From: Acidobacteriota bacterium
GTDB taxonomy: Bacteria > Acidobacteriota > Thermoanaerobaculia > Multivoradales > UBA5704
Reading direction: 5' to 3'
NCBI GenBank assembly: GCA_046765915.1
Contig: JBKPTH010000063.1
Coordinates: 4,009 to 68,008, forward strand
DNA length: 64,000 nt
Position numbers and translations under genes: made by a program
Part shown: positions 17,839 through 25,998 of the stretch, piece by piece
Numbering within the stretch: the stretch's first letter is position 1
Layout: every line of letters starts with the position of its first letter
Notes under the pieces: model-generated
Seen by the model: only the letters and a program-made list of their open reading frames with translations
The model's database searches: none
What the model was told of the DNA's origin: nothing

Positions 17839-19269
17839 TTGAGTCCATGGTGGATGCGCCCTACGGCTGAGGGCCTGGAAGAAGAGAACCGAGAGCAGCC
17901 GAAATCCGAGACCGGCGAGACGCAGCAGCCGGCCGAAACCGCCCCCCCGATCCCGCCGCCGACATTTGACGAGCAGCCCGCTGACGAGCAGCCCGCCGAA
18001 GAGATCACCCGGCCCCATTGGCAGGTCGAGCCCACGTCTCCCCCTCCGGCGCCTGTCTTCGCCGAATCGGCGGCCGTCCTTCCCACTCCAGAAGCCTTGC
18101 CGGCCGAAGATCTTCCTTTTGACGAGGAATCTTTCGACGAGGAGGACGGCACCGAGGAGCCGGAGGAGATGGAAGCCTCCGACGCCGAGCCGGAGGAGAA
18201 GGAAGGCGAGGGCAAGGCGGAGGCCCGGCGGCGGCGCTCGCGCGGCCGGCGCGGCGGCAAGAAGCGCGTCGCCCGCACCGCCGCGGCGGCTCCGGCGGAA
18301 GCGGAGGAGGACGAAGAGGAGCCGGTTCGCGAGGAGCCCGCCCCGGCGGCGCCGCGGCGGATCGCTCCGGTCGCCGCTCCGCAGTACCGCGTGGCTCGCG
18401 GCGGCGACAGTTATGTGATCCCGCCGGCCGAAGCCGAGCAGATGTCCCGGGAGATCGTCATCTCCATCCCTGACCGGCAGCGGTCGGCCAGCGACGAGCG
18501 CAAGATCGCCCTGTTCTGCGATTTCGAGAACATCGCCCTCGGCGTGCGCGACTCCGAAATCGGCAAGTTCGAGATCAGCCTCGTCCTCGAGCGCCTGCTG
18601 GAGAAGGGCAAGATCATCGTCAAGAAGGCCTACGCCGACTGGGAGCGCTACTCCGACTACAAGCGCCCCTTCCACGAGGCCGCCATCGAGCTGATCGACA
18701 TCCCGCAGAAGTTCTATTCGGGCAAGAACAGCGCCGACATAAAGATGGTCGTCGACGCGATGGACCTCTCCTACGCCAAGGAGCACCTCGACACCTTCGT
18801 CATCCTCTCCGGCGACAGCGATTTCTCGCCCCTGGTCTCCAAGCTCAAGGAGAACAACAAGTACGTCATCGGCATCGGCGTCAAGAATTCGTCGTCGAAC
18901 CTGCTGGTCGACAACTGCGACGAGTTCATCTACTACGAGGACGTCTGGCGCGACGCCCAGAAAGGTCCCAAGCTCGACGGCCTCAACAAGAAGACCGCCG
19001 AGGCGTTCAGCCTGATGATCGAGTCCATCCAGGCGCTGATCCGCGAGAACAAGGACGTGCTTTGGGGCTCGATGATCAAGCAGACGATGCAGCGCAAGAA
19101 GCCCTCCTTCAACGAGGGCTACTACGGCTACAGCACCTTCTCCGAGCTGCTGGAGGACGCCGAGCGCAAGAACATCATCAAGCTGAAGAAGGACCAGCGC
19201 TCGGGCACCTACATCGTCACCGGCTTCGCCAAGACCGGCGACGGTGCCACGGCGGCCGGGCGGCGGTAG
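17839..19269 (+). CDS. NYN-domain / OST-HTH (LOTUS) protein with acidic Pro-rich N-terminal region
   Basis: KIALFCDFENIALG...ILSGDSDFSPLVSKLKENNKYVIGIG (NYN), then OST-HTH-like AFSLMIESIQALIRENKDVLWGSMIKQTMQRKK. AAGGAG SD 6 nt before the TTG. Confidence 0.75.
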   Translation: MSPWWMRPTAEGLEEENREQPKSETGETQQPAETAPPIPPPTFDEQPADEQPAEEITRPHWQVEPTSPPPAPVFAESAAVLPTPEALPAEDLPFDEESFDEEDGTEEPEEMEASDAEPEEKEGEGKAEARRRRSRGRRGGKKRVARTAAAAPAEAEEDEEEPVREEPAPAAPRRIAPVAAPQYRVARGGDSYVIPPAEAEQMSREIVISIPDRQRSASDERKIALFCDFENIALGVRDSEIGKFEISLVLERLLEKGKIIVKKAYADWERYSDYKRPFHEAAIELIDIPQKFYSGKNSADIKMVVDAMDLSYAKEHLDTFVILSGDSDFSPLVSKLKENNKYVIGIGVKNSSSNLLVDNCDEFIYYEDVWRDAQKGPKLDGLNKKTAEAFSLMIESIQALIRENKDVLWGSMIKQTMQRKKPSFNEGYYGYSTFSELLEDAERKNIIKLKKDQRSGTYIVTGFAKTGDGATAAGRR

Positions 19270-19282
19270 GCCCTCGCCAGGG

Positions 19283-19385
19283 GAAAAAAGGACCCAAGGG
19301 ACACCAAGGACAGCAAGGACAAGAGGACTCACCCGAACGGTATTTGTCCTTGGAATCCTTGCTGTCCCTTGGGTCCTTGTCGTCC
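19283..19385. promoter_or_regulatory. Cluster of about five CCAAGGACA direct repeats followed by about five inverted copies (TGTCCTTGG): long imperfect palindrome
   Basis: Read directly between the NYN gene stop and the ECF sigma promoter. Could be a terminator or operator array. Confidence 0.4.
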
Positions 19386-19386
19386 C

Positions 19387-19413
19387 TGAAACGTTCCGCC
19401 CCGCCCTACGTCT
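19387..19413 (+). promoter_or_regulatory. ECF-type promoter (TGAAAC-N16-CGTCT)
   Basis: Matches the ECF sigma autoregulated -35/-10 consensus, about 10 nt upstream of the sigma factor ATG. Confidence 0.5.
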
Positions 19414-19423
19414 TCTCTTCTGG

Positions 19424-19942
19424 ATGTTGACGGCCTTCGAGGACACCGCCCAGAGGTACCGGCGCCGGGTCTACTCGTTCGCCCGCTACTTCCTCTCCAA
19501 CCGGGAGGAGGCGGAGGACGTGACCCAGGAGGTGCTCCTCCGCCTGTGGCGCCATCGCAGCGGCGTCGACGAGGAGCGCCTCGGCGCCTGGCTGCTGCGG
19601 GTGACCCGCAACGCCTGCTACGACCTGCTGCGCAAGCGGCACGCGGACGCCGGCGCGGGGTTCGGCGCCAGCCTCGACGCCGAAGGGGCGGAGGAGGTCG
19701 CGAGCGCCGAGCCCGATCCGCAGGCGCGGGCCGAAGCCGCGGATTTCCGGCGGCGCCTGCTCGCGGCGCTGGCGGAGCTCGAAGAGCCGTACAAGAGCGT
19801 CGTCATCCTGCGCGAGGTCCAGGGCCTCGCCCACCGCGAGATCGGCGAGGCCCTCGGCGTCCCCGAGGTCACCGTGCGAGTCCATCTCCACCGAGGCCGG
19901 CGCAAACTGCGGGAACGACTGCGGGAGGTATCGCCATCATGA
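19424..19942 (+). CDS. ECF-subfamily RNA polymerase sigma factor
   Basis: Region 2 (YRRRVYSFARYFL...DVTQEVLLRLW) and region 4 (LREVQGLAHREIGEALGVPEVTVRVHLHRGRRKLR). Confidence 0.85.
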   Translation: MLTAFEDTAQRYRRRVYSFARYFLSNREEAEDVTQEVLLRLWRHRSGVDEERLGAWLLRVTRNACYDLLRKRHADAGAGFGASLDAEGAEEVASAEPDPQARAEAADFRRRLLAALAELEEPYKSVVILREVQGLAHREIGEALGVPEVTVRVHLHRGRRKLRERLREVSPS

Positions 19943-20517
19943 ACCGACTCGATCACGATCCGTTCTGCGAAGAGGCGCTGGGCCTCCTCGAACCCTTTAT
20001 AGATGGGGATCTATCCCCGTCCGAATCGACCCGGCTGCGCGAGCATCTGGAGCGCTGCCCCGCCTGCGCGGCCGAGCTGGAGCTCGCGGCGAGGATCCAG
20101 CGCGAGCTGCGGTCCCTGCCACAGCTCGATTGTCCTCCGGAGGTGTTGGAGAAGGTCGAACGGGCCGGCCGCAGCGAGGTCGTTCCATTCCCGCGTCGAG
20201 ACCGCGCGGGATTGCGGATCGCCGCCATCGCGGCCCTCCTGGCGTTGGCCGTGGGCGGCGGAGCGCTCTTCCTGCGCTTCGAGGAGCGCGATCGGCCGAG
20301 CCCGCAAGAGATCGCGCAGGCCACCGCGGAGGCCCGCTATGCCCTGGCCTACATCGGCAAGGTGACCCGCCGGACCCGCATGAATCTCCGCGAGGATGTT
20401 CTCGAGAAGCGTCTGGTCGAGCCGGCCAGCCGCAGCGTTTCCCGCACCCTCGGCGAGGCCCCGGGCCCCGCCGTGCCGTCGTCCGCTGCCGCCCGGCGGC
20501 GCGACAAGGAGTTTTGA
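19939..20517 (+). CDS. Anti-sigma factor with zf-HC2 putative zinc finger
   Basis: HLERCPACAAE (H-x3-C-x2-C). ATGA overlap with sigma stop. Predicted TM helix. Confidence 0.7.
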   Translation: MNRLDHDPFCEEALGLLEPFIDGDLSPSESTRLREHLERCPACAAELELAARIQRELRSLPQLDCPPEVLEKVERAGRSEVVPFPRRDRAGLRIAAIAALLALAVGGGALFLRFEERDRPSPQEIAQATAEARYALAYIGKVTRRTRMNLREDVLEKRLVEPASRSVSRTLGEAPGPAVPSSAAARRRDKEF

Positions 20518-20518
20518 C

Positions 20519-21076
20519 ATGCGCAAGACCATCCTGTTCACCCTCGTGCTCCTCGTGCTGACGGCCACCGCCGGCCGGGCCCAGAGGCTTGCCGATCAGC
20601 CCGGCTACGTGCCGATCGAGAAGCTGGACCTCTTCCCCTCGGACAAGCTGAGCGTCGAGATCAACCTCGAGGGAGCCCTGCTGAAGCTGATCGCCGCGGG
20701 CGCGAGAGGTGAAGACCCCGAGTTCTCGTCGCTGATCGCCGGCCTCAAGGGGATCACGGTGCAGGCCGTCCCGCTCAAGGACGTGGATGCCGGCTCGGTC
20801 CGCGCCAAGATCAGCCAGGCCGTCCGCTGGCTGGAGGACCGCGGCTGGAAGCCGACGATGCGGGTGCGCGAGGAGGGCGAGGAGACCTACATCTATCTCA
20901 AGGAGATCGACGGCCAGATCGCCGGGTTGACGTTGCTCGCCCTCGAGCCCGGCGACGAGGCCGTGGCCATCAACATCGTCGGCCGCATCGATCCGGAGCA
21001 GGTCGGCCGTGTCGTCGAGAACCTGCACGGTCTCCGCATCAAGAAAGTGCCGGCTCAAGTCAAGAAGCCGGAGTGA
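20519..21076 (+). CDS. Secreted protein, DUF4252-like (ECF operon accessory)
   Basis: Signal peptide MRKTILFTLVLLVLTATAGRA. Size and operon position resemble DUF4252 proteins. Family assignment is from memory. Confidence 0.5.
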   Translation: MRKTILFTLVLLVLTATAGRAQRLADQPGYVPIEKLDLFPSDKLSVEINLEGALLKLIAAGARGEDPEFSSLIAGLKGITVQAVPLKDVDAGSVRAKISQAVRWLEDRGWKPTMRVREEGEETYIYLKEIDGQIAGLTLLALEPGDEAVAINIVGRIDPEQVGRVVENLHGLRIKKVPAQVKKPE

Positions 21077-21110
21077 CCGGAGTCTGGATCTTTTCGAAGG
21101 GAGGCGTGCC

Positions 21111-21680
21111 GTGAAGCGAAACGTCGTGCTCTGTGCTGCTCTGCTGTGCCTCGCCGGCTGTGCGAGCTCGCCCTCCGTCGAGCAGGTGCGATGGGAGATC
21201 CAGCGGCGGTTTCCGGAGGCCCGATTCACGCTGGAGGAGCACGTCCATCTCGGCCGCTTGTCGCTGGGCCTGATCCGCGGCATCGTGGGCATGGTCCCCG
21301 GCAAGGTCGAGGGCCGGGAGATCCTGAACGCGATCCACCGCCTCGACGTCGCCACCTACCAGGTGAGCGCACTGGATCTCGACCGCCTCCAGGGCGAGAC
21401 GCGGTTCGAGCGCCGGCTCGCCAGCGCCGGCTGGAACATGACCGTGCGCGCGCGGGAGGAGGACTCGCGAACCTGGATCTTCACCCGCGGCGACGAGGAG
21501 AACGCGCTGAGCAGCCTCTTCATCGTCACCCTGGAATCCGGCGAGATGACCCTCGTCAGCATCGACGGCCGGCTCGACCGCGCCCTCGCCGAAGCGATCG
21601 CCCTGAATCCGAAGGAGGCCGTGCGGAAAGTGACGGCTGGAGAAGAAGAGAAGCCAGGGGAGCCTTCCGGCGTGCTCTAG
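21111..21680 (+). CDS. Lipoprotein (LAGC lipobox)
   Basis: MKRNVVLCAALLCLAGCASS. GAAGGGAGG SD 6 nt before the GTG. Confidence 0.55.
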   Translation: MKRNVVLCAALLCLAGCASSPSVEQVRWEIQRRFPEARFTLEEHVHLGRLSLGLIRGIVGMVPGKVEGREILNAIHRLDVATYQVSALDLDRLQGETRFERRLASAGWNMTVRAREEDSRTWIFTRGDEENALSSLFIVTLESGEMTLVSIDGRLDRALAEAIALNPKEAVRKVTAGEEEKPGEPSGVL

Positions 21681-21747
21681 GAAAACGCTTTCTCCGCCGT
21701 CCTTGACGGTCCGTGCATCGTCCGTGACCGTCCGTGTCGCCCGGGTC

Positions 21748-22272
21748 TCACCCTCCCGGTTCCGTCCACTCCGGCCGCCGCCAGGCGTTTTCCTTTCCGG
21801 CGATTCGCTCGAGCCCCGCACCCTCCAGCCGTTCGCCGAGCAGATCGAGAAAGCGGTGCTGCCCCTTCACCACCGCCAGGTTGAGGAACAGCTCGCGCGC
21901 CACGCCGTTCCGCTCGACGACGAAGCGCAGGGCCTCCGTGCCGGGGCGCGGGTTGCAGGCGAGGACGCGGGCGAACGGCACGCGGCGCGGCCGGAAGGTG
22001 TGGAGCGGCTGATACGAGAGCGCGTCGTCCTCCAGCGATACCGCCGGGCGGCCGGCGGTCCACCAGATCTTGACCAGGCTCACCCAGAAGAGAAGGCTGT
22101 AGGCGAGCAGCACGCCGAAAGCCCGTCCCCACGCCTCGCGGTCTCCCGAGCCGAGCGCGAGCATGATGCCGCCGATGGCGACCACTACAGCGACGCCCCA
22201 GAACAACGCCCGCCGGCACGTGCTCCGCACCCAGGGACGAAACGGGAAGGTGACCGCGGCCATCGGCGGCAT
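21748..22272 (-). CDS. Membrane protein with bacterial PH-like domain
   Basis: Two TM helices followed by a roughly 90-aa soluble domain. Only the C-terminal part of the listed ORF looks real. The start is uncertain because only 16 bp separate it from the divergent DAO gene. Confidence 0.45.
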   Translation of the reverse strand: MPPMAAVTFPFRPWVRSTCRRALFWGVAVVVAIGGIMLALGSGDREAWGRAFGVLLAYSLLFWVSLVKIWWTAGRPAVSLEDDALSYQPLHTFRPRRVPFARVLACNPRPGTEALRFVVERNGVARELFLNLAVVKGQHRFLDLLGERLEGAGLERIAGKENAWRRPEWTEPGG

Positions 22273-22288
22273 GCTAGCGTAGGCGGCC

Positions 22289-23449
22289 GTGCCCGGATCC
22301 CGTCCCCACGTCGCGGTCATCGGCGCCGGAGCCCTCGGCGGCTGGACCGCCCTGCACCTCCTGCGGCGAGGAGCGCGCGTAACCCTGCTCGACGCCTGGG
22401 GACCGGGAAACTCCCGCGCCAGCTCGGGAGGCGAGACGCGGGTCATCCGCACCGTCTATGGGACCGACCGGATCTACGTGGACTGGACGGCCCGTTCCTT
22501 CCCGCTCTGGCGCGAGGCGGAAGAACGCTGGCACCTGCCGCTCTACCGGCGGACCGGCTCCCTCTGGATGTGCGGCGACGACGAGGGGTACGTCCGCTCC
22601 GCCATCCCACTGATCGAGGACGCGGGCCTGTGCATCGCCGAGCTGAGCCTGCCGGAGGCGCGACAACGGTTCCCGCAGGTCGACTTCGACGGCGTCCGCA
22701 GCGCCTTCATCGAGGACGAGGCCGGCTATCTCTTCGCCCGGCGCGCCTGCCAGGCGGTGGCCGCGGGCCTGGCGATCGAAGGGGGTGAGGTCCGGCTGGC
22801 GGCCGCCTCGCCGGGTCCCATCCGCAACGGCGCCATGGAGCGGCTGGAGCTGCCGGGAGGCGAATCTCTCGCCGCGGACCTCTACGTCTTCGCCTGCGGC
22901 CCCTGGCTCGGACGGCTCTTCCCGGAGGTAATTGGCGAGCGGATCCTGCCGACCCGGCAGGAGATCTACTTCTTCGGCACTCCGGCCGGCGATCCGCGGT
23001 TCGGCGACGACCTCTTCCCCGTCTGGTTCGATCTCGGCGAGAGGATCCTCTACGGCATCCCGGGCAACGAGCACCGCGGCTTCAAGGTGGCGGACGACAC
23101 CCGCGGCGAGCCCTTCGATCCCACCGCCGGCGAGCGCACGCCGACCCTGGATCTGGTCGCCATGACCCGCGACTTCCTGGCGCGGCGTTTCCCCGCAATG
23201 GCCGGCGCGCCGCTGGTCGAGGCGCGGGTCTGCCAATACGAGAACAGTCCGGACGGCCACCTCCTCTTCGACCGCCACCCCGAGGCCGCCAACGTCTGGT
23301 TCCTGGGCGGCGGCTCGGGCCACGGCTTCAAGTTCGGGCCCGCGCTAGGCGAGTACGCGGCGGGGATCATCCTCGACGGCGGCGCTCCTCTCTCCCTCTT
23401 CGCGCTGGACCGCGCCGATGACGCGAGGAAAACGCAGTTCGAGCGGTGA
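22289..23449 (+). CDS. FAD-dependent oxidoreductase (DAO family)
   Basis: VAVIGAGALGGWTALHLLRRGARVTLLD Rossmann motif. 386 aa. Confidence 0.8.
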   Translation: MPGSRPHVAVIGAGALGGWTALHLLRRGARVTLLDAWGPGNSRASSGGETRVIRTVYGTDRIYVDWTARSFPLWREAEERWHLPLYRRTGSLWMCGDDEGYVRSAIPLIEDAGLCIAELSLPEARQRFPQVDFDGVRSAFIEDEAGYLFARRACQAVAAGLAIEGGEVRLAAASPGPIRNGAMERLELPGGESLAADLYVFACGPWLGRLFPEVIGERILPTRQEIYFFGTPAGDPRFGDDLFPVWFDLGERILYGIPGNEHRGFKVADDTRGEPFDPTAGERTPTLDLVAMTRDFLARRFPAMAGAPLVEARVCQYENSPDGHLLFDRHPEAANVWFLGGGSGHGFKFGPALGEYAAGIILDGGAPLSLFALDRADDARKTQFER

Positions 23450-23464
23450 CGCGGGCGGGATCGC

Positions 23465-23680
23465 CTACCCGTCTGGGTCGTGCCCAGGCTGCGGCAAGCG
23501 GTCGAAAAGAACGAGCACGCCGTGGGTGTAAGGAGGATCGAAGTCGTTCGTCGCCTGAGCAAGGGTGAACCAGAGATCCCACGCCTTGTCCAGTTCTTCG
23601 GGAGTCATGTCTTTTAGGTTCAAGTCGTCTTCACTGAGCAGTTCCATCTCCGGCCACCCTGACGCGAACGTCTCGTTCAT
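23465..23680 (-). CDS. Small hypothetical protein (71 aa); the listed 181-aa ORF continues through the 21-bp array
   Basis: MNETFASGWPEMELLSEDDLNLKDMTPEELDKAWDLWF... looks protein-like. The upstream in-frame portion is made of heptad repeats generated by the array. Confidence 0.35.
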   Translation of the reverse strand: MNETFASGWPEMELLSEDDLNLKDMTPEELDKAWDLWFTLAQATNDFDPPYTHGVLVLFDRLPQPGHDPDG

Positions 23681-23714
23681 CCATTGACGCTTGCATAGCG
23701 GGAGCCTATCGCAG

Positions 23715-23975
23715 ACCCCGCCGGTTGCGTTGGGGCGTCCGCCGGCTGCGATGGGAAGCGCATCGGTTGGGATGCGACATGCAGTGGCAGAAATGCGGCG
23801 CGCATCCGTTGGGATGGAATGCCCCTTGGCAGCACCGGGCGCGCATCGGTTGGGACATAGAGCCCATTGGCGCCGATGGGACTTGCATTGGATGCGATGG
23901 TGCGCCCATCGGTTGCGATGGGACATGCATCCGCTGCAAGGGGACTCCCTTCGCAGCGGCCGCCTACCCTCATGG
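23715..23975. repeat. Second tandem array, ~13 units of 21 bp (consensus CATCGGTTGCGATGGGACATG), each with a CCATC-N6-GATGG-type dyad
   Basis: Read directly. Same period and architecture as the 9394..9870 array. Lies in the divergent region directly upstream of the cPLA2-like gene. Confidence 0.7.
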
Positions 23976-24042
23976 CTCCTACCCAGCACTTGCTGTATTC
24001 TGAAGCGCACGCAACAACCCAGATTGCCGAAGGAGGCCCCTC

Positions 24043-25986
24043 ATGGAGAGGACGGGCGTGTCGGGCAGTTTCAAGGCGCAGCTCACGAAGACTTCGCAAT
24101 CCCTCACGGTCGGGCAGTTCGTCTCGCTGCCGAACACGCCCGGCAACGTCGGGATCTGCCTCAGCGGCGGGGGCTCGCGGGCGCTCTCGGCCGGCATGGG
24201 CCAACTCCGCGGCCTGGCCTATCTGCAGCTCAATGGCAAGAGCCTGCTGAGCCAGACCAGAGCCATCTCTACGGTCTCCGGCGGCTCGTGGCTCGGCGTG
24301 ACGTTCGAGTTCCTCACCTCAGGCACCGCCGACAGCGCTTACCTCAACGAGTACGTGCCGGACCCGGGCCGGCTCGTCCCCACCGCCACGGCCGGACACT
24401 CCCCGGCCGAGACTCTCGACGTACTGCCGCAAGGCAACATCGGCAACTCGATCAGCACGGATCTCTTCTCCATTCCGGCCCTGGCGGTCGAGGCCTTCCT
24501 GCTCTACAAGCTGCTCGGCACGCCGCTGGACTTCCTCTGGCAGGCCTTGATCGGCGCCCACATCCTGTGGCCTTATGGTCTCTTCAACCCGGGCCGCCGC
24601 GCCCTGCCGGTCTCGCTGTTCTCGTGGGATGAGGGGACTCTCCAATCTCAGGTGACCGGTCCCAACCCCGAGCTCGGAGACGAGATCGCCCATCTCATCA
24701 CCGGCGGTGCGGACCGCGCCCGCCGGCCGTTCGTGGTCTGCAATACGGCCATGTTCCTGATCGAGCCGGGGACGGTTTTTCAGCTTCTGGCGCCGGTACA
24801 GGCCACAGCCTTCATGACAGGGATCGTGGGGGCTCCCACGGGCAAGGACGTCAACGGCCGCGCGCCCGGCGGCGGCGGCGTAACCCCTTTCGCCTTCAGC
24901 TCGAACCCCACCGCCGTTCAGGGAACCGGCGTGACCGTCGACCAGCAGCGGCAGCTCTCGCTCACCGACATCGTCGGCTCGAGCAGCGCCGCCTTCGCGG
25001 AGACCCTGAAGAACCTGTTCGTCACCTGGGAGCAGGACGTGCAGCAGTTCGTGGCCGAGCTGGAGAAACGGGCGGATGAGCTCTGGGACTGGATCAAGGA
25101 GCGGTTCTCCCACCTCGACGCGATCGCGGATCTCATCGAGGACGTCGCCAAGGCGCTCGAAGGGCCCGCGGAACGTCTCGAGCCGCGCCTGAAGCTCGCG
25201 TCGCCCAGCGACCTGGCCAGCCTGAAGGCGGACTTCCAGGCCCTCCAAGGCTTGATCCCCCAGTACCAGTACTGGCCCGTGGCAGGCGTCCAACCGTACC
25301 CGCAGACGAAACCGACCGGCTTCGCCGATGGCGGCAGCCTGGAGAACAGCGGCGTCAACGCCATGCTCGCCTACTCGGACGTCGACAACCTCATCTCCTT
25401 CCTCAACTCCGCCACTCCCCTCTCCGCGGGCAATCTCGGCATGTTCGGCGCCGACGACAAGGAAGTGCCGAATACGCGGGTGATCATCACCGAGAACATC
25501 CCGCCGCTCTTCGGCTACCAACCCTATAATCCTCAGAAGGGCTACGTGCTCTACGCCGGAGACGAGAACCCCACCTTCCCGCAGGGGAAGAACAGCCAGG
25601 TCTTCGAATCTTCCCTGCTGGCCGAGGTGATCCAGGGCTTGTGGGCGGCGAGCGGCAGCGGCAACAACACCGGCCCTGCCTTCTTCAAGCAGACGCTCCT
25701 CGCCGTGCGGGACAACGCCTGGTTCGGAGTGCGAGGAGGCGGACGTACGGTCAACGTGCTCTGGGTTTATCCGAACCGCGACTCTTCGTGGTTCAACCTG
25801 CTGAGCCCCGGCGTCCAGGCGCTCCTCAATCCGTTCAGCGATCCCACGACGTTCAAACAGTTCCCGCACTACGGCACGTTCTACACGGACCTCTCGGCCC
25901 AGGAGATCAACCTGCTCGCCAACTACACGGCGTGGATGGTCGCCGATCCCGACAACGCGAAGCAGTTCCTGAGCCTGTACCAGTGA
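24043..25986 (+). CDS. cPLA2-like lysophospholipase catalytic-domain protein (PLA2_B family)
   Basis: GICLSGGGSRALSAGMGQL (cPLA2 Gly-rich/Arg motif SGGGxRA) and TVSGGSWLG (cPLA2 GxSGS-W nucleophile elbow). GAAGGAGG SD. No signal peptide. Confidence 0.65.
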   Translation: MERTGVSGSFKAQLTKTSQSLTVGQFVSLPNTPGNVGICLSGGGSRALSAGMGQLRGLAYLQLNGKSLLSQTRAISTVSGGSWLGVTFEFLTSGTADSAYLNEYVPDPGRLVPTATAGHSPAETLDVLPQGNIGNSISTDLFSIPALAVEAFLLYKLLGTPLDFLWQALIGAHILWPYGLFNPGRRALPVSLFSWDEGTLQSQVTGPNPELGDEIAHLITGGADRARRPFVVCNTAMFLIEPGTVFQLLAPVQATAFMTGIVGAPTGKDVNGRAPGGGGVTPFAFSSNPTAVQGTGVTVDQQRQLSLTDIVGSSSAAFAETLKNLFVTWEQDVQQFVAELEKRADELWDWIKERFSHLDAIADLIEDVAKALEGPAERLEPRLKLASPSDLASLKADFQALQGLIPQYQYWPVAGVQPYPQTKPTGFADGGSLENSGVNAMLAYSDVDNLISFLNSATPLSAGNLGMFGADDKEVPNTRVIITENIPPLFGYQPYNPQKGYVLYAGDENPTFPQGKNSQVFESSLLAEVIQGLWAASGSGNNTGPAFFKQTLLAVRDNAWFGVRGGGRTVNVLWVYPNRDSSWFNLLSPGVQALLNPFSDPTTFKQFPHYGTFYTDLSAQEINLLANYTAWMVADPDNAKQFLSLYQ

Positions 25987-25998
25987 GGATGCATCCGG

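Noticed and set aside
19997-21821. Minus ORFs 19997..21355 (452 aa), 21060..21821, 21677..22219
   Set aside because: Antisense to the ECF sigma/anti-sigma/DUF4252/lipoprotein operon. Low-complexity translations.
24319-25869. 516-aa minus ORF
   Set aside because: Antisense shadow of the cPLA2-like gene.
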